Below, in pieces: positions 9,778-19,547 of a DNA stretch of 64,000 nucleotides. The stretch lies in contig DATICB010000011.1 of NCBI GenBank assembly GCA_035457005.1, positions 4,098-68,097 of the forward strand. Direction: 5' to 3'. The stretch is from Patescibacteria group bacterium (GTDB lineage Bacteria > Patescibacteriota > Microgenomatia > Levybacterales > UBA12049). Every line of letters begins with the position of its first letter. Position 1 is the first letter of the stretch. A program made the translations under genes and the position numbers. The notes below the pieces were generated by a model. The model searched no databases, was not told the origin of the DNA, and saw only the letters and a program-made list of their open reading frames with translations.

Positions 9778-11010
9778 ATGAAAACGAATACAGAAAGACA
9801 AGGTCTTTTTGACCACGGAAAACGGTATAGACTGCATAGCAAAGGCTTTGGCAGTACGAACACCACTACTCCATTTACCGAATATGTTACCAGGACGGAA
9901 GAGCTTAATCACCCAAAGCGTGTGGAGCATAATTTCTTCAGATCCCAACCCGTCCTTCTTCATTACCAACTCACTGACGGATCGGAAGTAGTCATGCATC
10001 GACCAGGAAATCCCTACGGCCCGGTTGATTCTCTTGTTGTCGCGAAAGATGAAAGCGTCAAGCATATGTCTCCTGAGACCTTGACACAAAAAAGTATTTA
10101 CGACATGTCTCCTCTTGCTCAGCGAAAGTATTGGCAGGTTGCCATGGCTGAATTAGTAGCGCTCGACCAGATTAAGCCTCCAAAAAGAAGACATGGGCCG
10201 CTTCATGCTGTACTTATGGAAAACAACACACCAATTTCGCTTCTTGACAGTAAGTACAAAGATGAGTCTGGCTACTCTCCGCGCACATCCCGTACTATTT
10301 TTATTCCTCATGCCCATGTCACGCTTATGGACACATCATGGCTGCAGGAAGCAGATTGGCATATTCCAGAATTAGACAAAGAACAATCCTTTATTCGATA
10401 CATACAAAATAGCGATACGGGAGAGAATTTTCTTCAAAATATGCAAGCAAGAATACAAAGTGAAAATCACCTCTCACTTCAATTGAGAAAGGAAAAAAGA
10501 GTTCCTGTGGGCTACAGTATGACTATTGATTCTCTAACGCCAGACAATATTCTTGACAACATTGACACGCTGACTCAGCTTATGTCCTCACATCATGCTG
10601 CCTATGCGCAAGCAGCTCAAGCGTTGCAGGAAAAGTTTGACACAAAGGGGACTATTCCTCAACCCTCATACAGACTGTATGCTTTCTTTTCTGAATCAGG
10701 TGATGGTGAACCAAAAAAACTCACGCTTCGCATTGCTCCGGAAATTTTTTCCCACTCTGGTGTTATGGAAGCAGCAGGGGTTGAAATGCTTCGCGATCCC
10801 CACTATGAAAATCCATTATCACAAAGGCAAACGGACAGACATAGAAGACGATGGATAAGAAAAGTCGAAGAGCTTACAGAAAGAGACACTACCGGAGAAG
10901 CGCAGCGAACCTTATACCGCGAGAAATTACAACTGGTAAGAGAAGAAGGAAAAAAGCTTCCGCGACTTCGACGAATAAATGCAAATTTTCCAGAACCCGA
11001 GCTTCTTTAG
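9778..11010 (+). CDS. Hypothetical protein with HIT-like PHAHV motif
   Basis: About 410-aa ORF after TTGCAT-17-TATACT; start chosen at ATG 9778. Confidence 0.7.
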   Translation: MKTNTERQGLFDHGKRYRLHSKGFGSTNTTTPFTEYVTRTEELNHPKRVEHNFFRSQPVLLHYQLTDGSEVVMHRPGNPYGPVDSLVVAKDESVKHMSPETLTQKSIYDMSPLAQRKYWQVAMAELVALDQIKPPKRRHGPLHAVLMENNTPISLLDSKYKDESGYSPRTSRTIFIPHAHVTLMDTSWLQEADWHIPELDKEQSFIRYIQNSDTGENFLQNMQARIQSENHLSLQLRKEKRVPVGYSMTIDSLTPDNILDNIDTLTQLMSSHHAAYAQAAQALQEKFDTKGTIPQPSYRLYAFFSESGDGEPKKLTLRIAPEIFSHSGVMEAAGVEMLRDPHYENPLSQRQTDRHRRRWIRKVEELTERDTTGEAQRTLYREKLQLVREEGKKLPRLRRINANFPEPELL

Positions 11011-11058
11011 TGTACTGAGCGTGAAATGGAAAGAAAAGTCTGGTAAAATAGGGAAGTT

Positions 11059-11132
11059 GCACCTGTAGCTCAGTGGATTAGAGCACTTCGCTTCGGACGA
11101 AGGGGTCGGGGGTTCGAGTCCCTCCAGGTGCG
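11059..11132 (+). tRNA. tRNA-Arg(UCG)
   Basis: Anticodon arm CTTCG-CTTCGGA-CGAAG; acceptor stem GCACCTG/CAGGTGC. Confidence 0.95.
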
Positions 11133-11133
11133 C

Positions 11134-11176
11134 AATAATCTTTCCAGGCTTTAGTCTTGAAAGATTATTATTGTTT
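11134..11176 (+). terminator. Hairpin (probable terminator) after tRNA-Arg(UCG)
   Basis: AATAATCTTTC...GAAAGATTATT inverted repeat followed by a T-rich tract. Confidence 0.55.
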
Positions 11177-11254
11177 TAGGAGTACTCGAAGCAGTCTCTT
11201 CACAGCACAACTTCATTCATACTCTATTCACCAAAAATGCGCTACAATAACGCA

Positions 11255-13654
11255 ATGAAACATTTTTTCACCACAATAAAATTCCTTATTGGTTGGCCGC
11301 TTTCCCTTGTTGCTCTTTTTTTTGTTGGGAAAGCACTCATTGGCAAAGGAGCAGTGATAACCCAGATCCACTCACTCAATATACTTCCACTTGTCATGTC
11401 ACTTGGTTGTTTTATTGCATTTTTTGTTTTGCGTGTTCTTTTTTGGCAAAAAATTCTCGCATACCAAAAAATGCATTTTTCTTTTAAAGAGACAGCACTT
11501 ACCTGGGGATTTTCCGAACTCAAACGCTATATTCCCGGAACAATTTGGCCAATTCTTGGGAGATCCAGTGCATACGAAAAATTGGGAGCCGAGAAAAAAG
11601 CAATTCTTGCAAGCATTCTCCACGAAGCGGAATTCTTAGGAGTCGCGTGTCTTACCATCACTATTTTTTCTCTTAATTTTTTGTATTATGGAATCCTCGG
11701 TCAACACAATGTCTTAATTCCATCGCTTATCGGTATAGTAATTGGCATTGTAGCCTTGATTTTTGTTTTTCACAAGCCACTTCTTAAGAAAAACTCCGGA
11801 ATTTTTCGCTTGTTGCCCAATTTTCCTCCCAAACAGATGCTGAGTCTTTTTGGTATTATGATCAGCGCATTTTTGCTTTTTGGCCTCGCAACATACTTCG
11901 CAATTGATGCAATTGTTCCGCTTTTTATTCCCCACATTTTGCCACTTTCTGCATTTTTTGTTTTTGCTTTTTTGGCAGGCTATCTTTCTTTTCTTGCACC
12001 AATGGGTTTGGGAGTACGAGAAGGGATTGTCACGATTGGTCTTACCAAATATGTTTCTTTATCAGAAAGCGCTTTGGGTGCTCTTTTTTCCCGTGTTATA
12101 CAAATACTCAGCGAATTACTTTTCTTACTTTTGTGTGTTGTCTGGAAAAAAGTTTCTGCCAAAACAAAAAAAGTAGAGCAGTTTATCTTAGCCTATAAGT
12201 ACGAACTCGCAACTCTTTTTACGTCATGTTGTTACACAGTTTATTTCAGCATTGCAAGCATCCTTCGCTACAACAATTTTTTTACCGGCAGATTTGATTT
12301 GGGAAATATGGATCAAACAGTCTGGAACACTATCCATGGCAGACTTTTCCAGCTTACAGACCCTAATGGAACAAGTATTGTCTCACGCCTAGCTTTTCAT
12401 GCAGATTTTACGCTTATTTTTCTTTCTCCTTTTTATCTTATTTGGCAAGACCCGCGAATGCTTCTTCTCCTTCAGTCTCTTGCTTTAGGACTTGGCGGCA
12501 TTTTTGTCTACCTGATTGCGCAAAATGTCCTTAACAAAAAATCACTTTCCTTTGCATTTGCGCTTTCTTACTATCTCTATCCAGCAATTGCCTATGCCAA
12601 TTTGTATGATTTCCACACAGTAACACTTGCTGTCTGTTTATTTTTGGCTAGTTGGTACACCATGCTTAAGAAGAAGTATTTTATAGCAACAATCCTCCTT
12701 CTTCTTGCCGCAACAACCAAAGAAGAAGTGTGGTTCATTACCGGGCTTTTCGGATTATTTTTTATTTTTTGGAAAAAACAATATATTCTTGGCACGCTTC
12801 TTTCTCTTGTTTCATTTAGCCTTTTTTATCTGCTTATTTGGCACGCTATTCCTTTCTTCCATGGAGGTGCTCACTTTGCACTTTCTTATTATTCTGATTT
12901 TGGCACGTCGCCAAGTGCAGTTGTAGCCAACATTCTCCTTTCTCCTCTTAAAATTATTATGGATGTCCTACGAAAAGGTCAACTTGTCTACCTTTTTGAA
13001 TTATTTGGTCCGCTTTTTTTCCTGCCTCTTTTTGCCCTCCCATTTCTTATTTTTGCTTTTCCTGATTTGGCAATTAGCCTTTTGTCTCAAAATGCGCAGC
13101 TACATACTATTTATTATCACTATGCTGCTATTCCCACACCGTTCCTTTTTCTCGCAGCAGTCTATGGATTTGCTCGTCTTGCCAAAAAATTTCCTCAATT
13201 TTTTGGGTCTTTCGGCATGCTTATTATTCTTGTCCCGGCAGTGGTAAGCGCTTACGCATTCGGGCCATTGCCCGGAGCGTATCACATGAGTGATGCTATG
13301 TTTGTGAGTCAATTGCCTTATGCGCGTCTTATTGACACATTTTTGCTTTCAATTCCCAGAAAATACAGCGTTGCCGCGACCAATAATGTTGGCTCACACT
13401 TATCCCACAGACAAAAAATATTTACTATTCCAGTTGGTTTGCAAGACGCAGACATTGTCGTTTTCCTTCTTGACGATTCATATGCACAACCCTCGCTGAA
13501 AGACCAGAAAAAAATGGCACAAGAGCTGGATAAAAACCCTGCATACATAAAGCTATTTTCATATCAGGACTTCGTTGTGTACAAGAAAAAAAGTGTTCCA
13601 ACCTATTATAAAAAACACAACACTAATATTTTGCCACTGTTTAAAGGAAATTAA
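11255..13654 (+). CDS. Fusion of lysylphosphatidylglycerol-synthase-TM/flippase-like domain and DUF2079 GT-C-like domain
   Basis: N-part KRYIPG, PMGLGVREG; C-part FDLGNMDQTVWN, YDFH, KEE; start 6 nt after TACAAT. Confidence 0.8.
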   Translation: MKHFFTTIKFLIGWPLSLVALFFVGKALIGKGAVITQIHSLNILPLVMSLGCFIAFFVLRVLFWQKILAYQKMHFSFKETALTWGFSELKRYIPGTIWPILGRSSAYEKLGAEKKAILASILHEAEFLGVACLTITIFSLNFLYYGILGQHNVLIPSLIGIVIGIVALIFVFHKPLLKKNSGIFRLLPNFPPKQMLSLFGIMISAFLLFGLATYFAIDAIVPLFIPHILPLSAFFVFAFLAGYLSFLAPMGLGVREGIVTIGLTKYVSLSESALGALFSRVIQILSELLFLLLCVVWKKVSAKTKKVEQFILAYKYELATLFTSCCYTVYFSIASILRYNNFFTGRFDLGNMDQTVWNTIHGRLFQLTDPNGTSIVSRLAFHADFTLIFLSPFYLIWQDPRMLLLLQSLALGLGGIFVYLIAQNVLNKKSLSFAFALSYYLYPAIAYANLYDFHTVTLAVCLFLASWYTMLKKKYFIATILLLLAATTKEEVWFITGLFGLFFIFWKKQYILGTLLSLVSFSLFYLLIWHAIPFFHGGAHFALSYYSDFGTSPSAVVANILLSPLKIIMDVLRKGQLVYLFELFGPLFFLPLFALPFLIFAFPDLAISLLSQNAQLHTIYYHYAAIPTPFLFLAAVYGFARLAKKFPQFFGSFGMLIILVPAVVSAYAFGPLPGAYHMSDAMFVSQLPYARLIDTFLLSIPRKYSVAATNNVGSHLSHRQKIFTIPVGLQDADIVVFLLDDSYAQPSLKDQKKMAQELDKNPAYIKLFSYQDFVVYKKKSVPTYYKKHNTNILPLFKGN

Positions 13655-13671
13655 AAAGTATCATATGCTTT

Positions 13672-13695
13672 TTATTCTGAGCTTGCGAAGAATCT
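13672..13695 (-). repeat. REP-like hairpin (CTTCG-n-CTCAG family)
   Basis: Minus strand AGATTCTTCGCAAGCTCAGAATAA; same core as the copies at 34294, 34636, 34809 and 37918. Confidence 0.6.
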
Positions 13696-13735
13696 AGTGC
13701 TTGTTTTTATTTTTTCTTCAAATTACTATTAAGAT

Positions 13736-14563
13736 ATGGTTGATATTATTAAGGCCAATGGCGAAAAGCAGGCATTTTCCGAAGAAAAACTTCGTCACTC
13801 AATTCACCGAGCAGGAATCCCTAAAGATTTAGAAGAGAAAGTTGTTGCGCATATTCACACCAAACTCCACGAAGGCATGCACACAGCAGATATTTACAAA
13901 CACATTGTTGAATTTTTGGACACTGCCAATGCGTCGCATCAGCGAGCAAAATATTCACTCAAACAAGCAATTATGCAGCTGGGGCCAACAGGATATCCTT
14001 TTGAAAAATTTGTTGCCAGAATTTTAGATAGCGAAGGATTTAGCACAACAACAGATGTCATCGTAAAAGGGAGGTGCGTGAGTCACGAGGTAGATGTTGT
14101 TGCAACAAAAGGCAACGAAAAAGTTATGGTAGAGGCAAAATTTCACAACAGCACTGGCATTACTACAGATCTCCACGTTTCTTTATATACAAGAGCGAGA
14201 TTTGAAGACGTACAGGACTCGGAAAAATTTACCAAAGCAATGCTTGTTACTAATACCAAAATCACAACCGACGCGCTTACCTACGCGCAGTGTGTTGGTA
14301 CTGATGTGCTTGGCTGGTCGTATCCAGACAATGCCAGTCTTCGCGATTTGGTAGAAAAATACCATTTGCACCCCATAACCTCGCTTACCCAGCTTTCGCA
14401 AATGCAAAAACAGCAACTCCTTGAGCAGGAAATTGTGCTGTGTCAGGATTTGTCGACTCACCCCGAAGCACTTACCCAGCTTAATTTGCCCAAAGACAAG
14501 CAGGAAAGTGTCTTGTTAGAGGCCAAATCGCTCTGTAACACCTTGCAAGAAAAAGAAAATTAA
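13736..14563 (+). CDS. ATP-cone plus Mrr-like PD-(D/E)XK restriction-endonuclease domain protein
   Basis: IIKANGEKQAFSEEKL (ATP cone); GPTGYPFEKFV, HEVDVVA..VEAKFH (nuclease). Confidence 0.85.
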   Translation: MVDIIKANGEKQAFSEEKLRHSIHRAGIPKDLEEKVVAHIHTKLHEGMHTADIYKHIVEFLDTANASHQRAKYSLKQAIMQLGPTGYPFEKFVARILDSEGFSTTTDVIVKGRCVSHEVDVVATKGNEKVMVEAKFHNSTGITTDLHVSLYTRARFEDVQDSEKFTKAMLVTNTKITTDALTYAQCVGTDVLGWSYPDNASLRDLVEKYHLHPITSLTQLSQMQKQQLLEQEIVLCQDLSTHPEALTQLNLPKDKQESVLLEAKSLCNTLQEKEN

Positions 14564-14580
14564 TGTATACTATGGATAAT

Positions 14581-14784
14581 ATGACAGTTGGAAAAGAAGA
14601 ACCACAAGGAAAAGACAGAACACCAGGTACAGGCAATCGAGAGGTAAATGGGCGGCGAGGAGAGAAACAAAACCAAGAGCCTGGATTTGGAGGTCTTGAG
14701 TGGACAGAACCACGTCAAATCCAAAGAGGATCAAGTACTCCAACCACTCCAAAACCTGCAAAACAAACAGGAACCAGAGGTTAA
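14581..14784 (+). CDS. Small disordered Gly/Arg/Pro-rich orphan
   Basis: TTGCAA-17-TATACT at 14543-14571; start chosen at ATG 14581. Confidence 0.5.
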   Translation: MTVGKEEPQGKDRTPGTGNREVNGRRGEKQNQEPGFGGLEWTEPRQIQRGSSTPTTPKPAKQTGTRG

Positions 14785-14860
14785 TTTAGCCTTATTTTAG
14801 CTCAGCAAAAGACAAATTTCCCCCTTGCAAAAAAATAAAATAGAGTATATAGTACTTCAT

Positions 14861-15010
14861 ATGAGATTTGGTAAAAGACAACCTACAGATAGTGGTTTAC
14901 CTAGAGGATTTGGGGATGTTCCAGAAAGACCAGGTGGAGTTGTACGACCTGGTGATATTAATGAAAGACCAGGTGGATGGCGCGGAAGACCCAATGGCCG
15001 CTTATTTTAA
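14861..15010 (+). CDS. Small Arg/Gly/Pro-rich orphan with ERPGG repeat
   Basis: TTGCAA-17-TATAGT 7 nt before ATG; GAAAGACCAGGTGGA occurs twice. Confidence 0.55.
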   Translation: MRFGKRQPTDSGLPRGFGDVPERPGGVVRPGDINERPGGWRGRPNGRLF

Positions 15011-15044
15011 GTTTTGTTAATTTGTATACGTTTTTATTAAAAAC

Positions 15045-15215
15045 ATGTCGAGACGACAGGTAAAGGATCAGCCAGGAGTAACAAAAGAAGGTGTTAAGCA
15101 ACATGAAACCCAACCATGGGGCATAAAAGACCACGGCGAAAGGCCAACTGGACACCTTGCTGTACCACAACAAGGAACAAAAGTACCACCAACCAAAAGA
15201 TTAGAATCTCTTTAA
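15045..15215 (+). CDS. Possible 56-aa orphan (MSRRQVKDQPG...)
   Basis: Hand-translated ORF below the track cutoff, with the same purine-rich style as its neighbours. Confidence 0.3.
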   Translation: MSRRQVKDQPGVTKEGVKQHETQPWGIKDHGERPTGHLAVPQQGTKVPPTKRLESL

Positions 15216-15231
15216 ACTACAACTTCTCTTT

Positions 15232-16467
15232 CTAGTACAATTTCCCCAATTCTTTCCGCTCCCATCTATCAGCTAAAAAGCCATTCGGCACGGTTGTTAG
15301 CTTGTCTGAGTAGAGCAAGAATCCATTGCGAATCGTGTGATCGCCAAAAACAGTATTTATATTGTCCACCACTTTTTGTAATTTTTCCTCCTTTTCTGTT
15401 GCAAAAAGTGACCGTGTCAGAAAATTCTCATCCTGCAAAAATCCCGCCCACACCGACACCTGACGAATATAGCTAGCTTGCGTGACTGAGCGCAAAAGTC
15501 CTGCTTTTTGCAAGATATCAAACATGTCTTTACCCGAGTTAACATAAAAATCTGTTGTTTTATGTCCACCAAATGACTCATCACCTCGTAGCCACACACC
15601 AATGCTGCGCGATTTTTTCCCTAACTTTCTCAACTTTATCCCAACTTCTTCCAAAAGCTCAAAAACTGTTTGCAAAATAACGCGCTTATTTGTCTCGTTT
15701 TTCGGCAAGCAGTAATTTCTGCCAACAGATTTTGTCTGAATAGCACTGCCAAAATGCACAACAGGTGTTTCGTCTTTGGCAAAAGCAACATTATGCAAAA
15801 AAGTTGCTTCGTGCGGACCAAATTCCGCAACTAATGCTCCTATGGGAATAGAACGAAGATCGAGCAAATTACGTATCCCAAGCATGTGCAAGCGTTTTTC
15901 TATGCGAAATCCTATACCACACACATCGGTAAGTGACGCCTTTTTGTACACATCGTCAACATTGTCCGGCGTAATTTTGGTAACGCCATTTGGCTTGTCC
16001 ATACCGCTCGCCATTTTGGCAAGCATTTTATTGTAACTCACACCAACCGAGACCGTAATAATTTCGCCCATTTCACGCTTTATGTGCTCTTTTAAACGAG
16101 CAATCAGACTATCTGTACCGCCAAATAAGTGTGCTGTTGCGCTAATGTCCAGGAAAAGCTCGTCAATGGAGAAAACCTCTAAATAAGGCGAGTAGAGCCG
16201 GCAAATTTGAATAAATTTTTTAGAAATCTCAAAATATTTTACAAAATGCGCAGGTGTTGTCACAATCTGCGGACAGACCTTTTTCGCCTGCCAATAACTG
16301 CTGCCACCTTTGACTCCCATTTTTTTTGCTTCTTTGCTGGCTGCAATAATTGCTGTTCGAGAATGTGCTGCAGTGACACCAACTGGCTTGCCTCGCAACT
16401 CTGGATGATCCTGCTGCTCAACACTCGCAAAAAAAGAGTCAAAATCTATATGTAAAATGGTCTTCAT
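15232..16467 (-). CDS. dinB: Y-family DNA polymerase IV
   Basis: ILHIDFDSFFASVEQ, FSIDE, KMASGMDKPNG. Confidence 0.92.
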   Translation of the reverse strand: MKTILHIDFDSFFASVEQQDHPELRGKPVGVTAAHSRTAIIAASKEAKKMGVKGGSSYWQAKKVCPQIVTTPAHFVKYFEISKKFIQICRLYSPYLEVFSIDELFLDISATAHLFGGTDSLIARLKEHIKREMGEIITVSVGVSYNKMLAKMASGMDKPNGVTKITPDNVDDVYKKASLTDVCGIGFRIEKRLHMLGIRNLLDLRSIPIGALVAEFGPHEATFLHNVAFAKDETPVVHFGSAIQTKSVGRNYCLPKNETNKRVILQTVFELLEEVGIKLRKLGKKSRSIGVWLRGDESFGGHKTTDFYVNSGKDMFDILQKAGLLRSVTQASYIRQVSVWAGFLQDENFLTRSLFATEKEEKLQKVVDNINTVFGDHTIRNGFLLYSDKLTTVPNGFLADRWERKELGKLY

Positions 16468-16488
16468 ATTTTTTGAACATAGGGGAAC

Positions 16489-16573
16489 TTTGTCATCCCG
16501 GACTTGATCCGGGATCCAGTTCCTTTAAAACCACGTCTTGTTTCTGGATTCTTGCCTTTGCAGGAATAACAAA
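16489..16573. repeat. Composite palindromic REP/RPE-like element in the dinB leader
   Basis: TTTGTCATCCCGGACTTGATCCGGGATCCAG...CTGGATTCTTGCCTTTGCAGGAATAACAAA, nested inverted repeats. Confidence 0.75.
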
Positions 16574-16593
16574 TCCATATAGGCGAACAAGAT

Positions 16594-16630
16594 TAGTACG
16601 ATCGTACTACTTTTCCTTCATGACGGGCAA
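16594..16630 (-). promoter_or_regulatory. Putative dinB promoter overlapped by a perfect 16-bp palindrome
   Basis: TTGCCC-18-TACGAT; palindrome TAGTACGATCGTACTA at 16594-16609. Confidence 0.5.
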
Positions 16631-16654
16631 GAAGACAAAGTAGATCAAAATACA

Positions 16655-17551
16655 CTATATTCCGTAGCTGGAAAGCGGGGCATTGCCAATATGAATTCTT
16701 GGCAGTGAGAAAATATTTCCTTCACATTGGAATCGTCCGGGAAGTGTGGAAAAGGCAGCAACATACCCATTGTCTTTAAGCAGTTGCCACACCCAGCTGA
16801 CTGTTTGGCCAGATCCATATGGATATACCAAAATTGGCGATGTAGTTCCTAAGAATTGTCTAAGCTGATTTTGCGCTGTTGTTATTTCCTGGATATCTTT
16901 TTCTTTCGACCCTTGCGCCATAGGGAAATGAGACCATGTATGATTGTAGGCAACCATTGTCCTGCTTCCAACCATTTCCTTTAACTGATCCCACGAAAAG
17001 TACGAATTAGTACCGGCAACAACACCCAAAAGGCCAGTTGGTACCATAAGATTGCCAAGCAGGTGATATTTTTGCAATGTCGGATACGCATAGAGATAAT
17101 TATCTAAGTAGCCATCATCCATGGTGACGACTACCGATTTGCTCGGCACTTGTCCATGAGACAAAATAGCGTCAACCAATTGCTGAGCAGAGATAGTTGT
17201 GTAGCCATTTCCAGCCAAATATGCCATTTGCTTATCAAACTCACCGCTATCAACGCTCAGGGATGTCTGGCCTTTGGCTACGGCATCTGCTTGCGGCTGA
17301 ATGTGGTGGTAGAGTAAAACAGGCACCTGAAGACAATACCCACCAGCAGGTAACGTGGCTGTATCGGTAGCCGTTTTGTACGCTTCTTCGGAGAAAATGC
17401 TTGCCGCAGCCTGCATACAGGCCTTATTGCCTGTGCATAAATTGGTTGCCTCATCTGCAACAGAAACCGTGCCTAATTTATTGCTGAGAAAAAGCGCGCA
17501 GGCGACAATGACCGCTGAAAAAAGGCCAAAAAGTGCCACAGACAGCTTCAT
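16655..17551 (-). CDS. Polysaccharide deacetylase (CE4/NodB)
   Basis: VPVLLYHHI, VTMDDGYLDN, HTWSH, YPYG. Confidence 0.9.
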   Translation of the reverse strand: MKLSVALFGLFSAVIVACALFLSNKLGTVSVADEATNLCTGNKACMQAAASIFSEEAYKTATDTATLPAGGYCLQVPVLLYHHIQPQADAVAKGQTSLSVDSGEFDKQMAYLAGNGYTTISAQQLVDAILSHGQVPSKSVVVTMDDGYLDNYLYAYPTLQKYHLLGNLMVPTGLLGVVAGTNSYFSWDQLKEMVGSRTMVAYNHTWSHFPMAQGSKEKDIQEITTAQNQLRQFLGTTSPILVYPYGSGQTVSWVWQLLKDNGYVAAFSTLPGRFQCEGNIFSLPRIHIGNAPLSSYGI

Positions 17552-17643
17552 GTCTGTATTATACTAAAATCTCCCTGCGTTGTGGAGTCAAACATGGTAT
17601 AATAGGCAAAAGCGCGAGAAGGCGCGATTTTTTGTAAAATCAT

Positions 17644-19461
17644 ATGGAAATTTTAGCAGAGAAAATTAGAAATGTAGCGGTTATTGCCCACGTTGACCAT
17701 GGCAAGACAACCCTGGTTGATTTTTTGCTCAAGCAGTCTCACACATTCAGAGAAAACGAGCAGGAAATGCAGCAAACAACCATTTTAGACAGTAATCCGC
17801 TTGAAAGAGAGCGTGGCATTACTATTCTGGCAAAAAATACCGGCATTACCTACAAAGACTACAAGATTAATATTGTTGATACTCCAGGCCATGCAGATTT
17901 TTCTGGAGAAGTTGAGCGTACTTTGAATATGGCAGATGGCGCACTGCTTATTATCGATGCGCAAGAAGGCCCTATGCCTCAGACCAAATTTGTCTTAAAA
18001 AAAGCACTCGAGTTGGGACTCAAGATTATTGTTGTCATTAATAAAATTGACAAGCCATTGGCAAATATTCCCCATACCCTTAATAAAACCCACGACCTTT
18101 TCCTCGAGCTCGCAACCCACGAAGACCAATTAGAATTTCCTGTTTTGTATGCAATTGGTCGGGAAGGCAAAGCAGGCAAAACAGAAGAAGACGCACGAAA
18201 TGCGACCAATCTTGAGCCACTTTTTGAAGAAATCATTTCCTTTATTCCATCTCCAAAAGTGAGTGAAGGGCCTCTGCAAATTTTAGTAACATCTTTGGAT
18301 TTTGATTCTCATCGTGGCAAACATGTGATTGGCCGGATTACGCGAGGTGAAGCGGTGAAGGGCATGAGTGTTGTTGTTACCAAAGCAGATGGCGTCCACA
18401 AGCAGGGAAGAATTGAAACTATGTCCACAACATTAGGACTGAAAAAAGTCGAACAAGACAAAGTCGGAGCAGGGGAAATTGTAGACATTACCGGCATAGA
18501 TACAGCAGATATCGGCGATACAGTCACTGACCCCAAACAAATTGACGAACTCCCTAGAATTCATGTTGAGGAGCCCACCATTAAAATCGCGCTTGGCCCA
18601 AATACATCTCCTTTTGCAGGAAGAGAAGGCAAATTTACCACATCGAGGCAACTCCTTGAGAGATTGCAAAAAGAATTGGAAACAAATGTCGCGCTTAAAT
18701 TAGACATTACCGGTGAGCGTTACCTTTTGTCTGGACGAGGCGAATTGCATTTATCTGTCCTTATTGAGACCTTGCGACGTGAGGGGTATGAATTCGAGGT
18801 TGGTAAGCCGCAAGTCATTACTAAAAAAATAGATGGTGTAGAAATGGAACCTGTTGAAGATGTGATTATTGACGTCCCAGATGAATACGTTGGGTCAATT
18901 ACTCAGGAAATGGGACAACGAAAAGGCAATATGACCAATATGGAGCCAGATGGTAAGGGAAATACGCGTTTGCAATACACGATTGCATCCAAAAACCTTT
19001 TAGGTATTCGAAACGATATTTTAACCCAAACAAAAGGTACAGCAGTCATCAACAGCATGTTTAATGGCTACCAACAGCTGACACCAACCTTGGAAAAATT
19101 CCGCAACGGAGCACTTATTGCATCCGAAGCAGGCGACATCTTGGCCTATGGACTGGGCAATGCGCAGGAACGGGGCATTACGTTTTTTGAACCGGCAACG
19201 CCTGTGTATGAAGGCATGATAATCGGCGTTAACTCCAGAAAAGATGATATTGAAGTCAACGTTACCAAAGAAAAAAAACAAACCAACATGCGATCAAAAG
19301 GGGAAGGAGTCAAATTGGTTTTAACGCCCCCTACTGTTATGAGTCTTGAGCAATATTTGGATTTTTTGGAAGACGACGAATTACTTGAAGTAACACCAAA
19401 GAATTTACGACCTCGGAAAAAATATTTATCCAAACTTGACCGCGTCAGAGCCGGCAGATAA
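17644..19461 (+). CDS. typA: Translational GTPase TypA/BipA
   Basis: IAHVDHGKTTLVD, DTPGHADF, GRGELHL, DDELLEVTPK. Confidence 0.97.
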   Translation: MEILAEKIRNVAVIAHVDHGKTTLVDFLLKQSHTFRENEQEMQQTTILDSNPLERERGITILAKNTGITYKDYKINIVDTPGHADFSGEVERTLNMADGALLIIDAQEGPMPQTKFVLKKALELGLKIIVVINKIDKPLANIPHTLNKTHDLFLELATHEDQLEFPVLYAIGREGKAGKTEEDARNATNLEPLFEEIISFIPSPKVSEGPLQILVTSLDFDSHRGKHVIGRITRGEAVKGMSVVVTKADGVHKQGRIETMSTTLGLKKVEQDKVGAGEIVDITGIDTADIGDTVTDPKQIDELPRIHVEEPTIKIALGPNTSPFAGREGKFTTSRQLLERLQKELETNVALKLDITGERYLLSGRGELHLSVLIETLRREGYEFEVGKPQVITKKIDGVEMEPVEDVIIDVPDEYVGSITQEMGQRKGNMTNMEPDGKGNTRLQYTIASKNLLGIRNDILTQTKGTAVINSMFNGYQQLTPTLEKFRNGALIASEAGDILAYGLGNAQERGITFFEPATPVYEGMIIGVNSRKDDIEVNVTKEKKQTNMRSKGEGVKLVLTPPTVMSLEQYLDFLEDDELLEVTPKNLRPRKKYLSKLDRVRAGR

Positions 19462-19547
19462 TTTTGCTTCAAACCTCAATTGTTTTCTTTATTACTATAC
19501 CTCTCTTGACTTCTTGAAATGATTATGAGTACGCTGATTGTAGAGAA

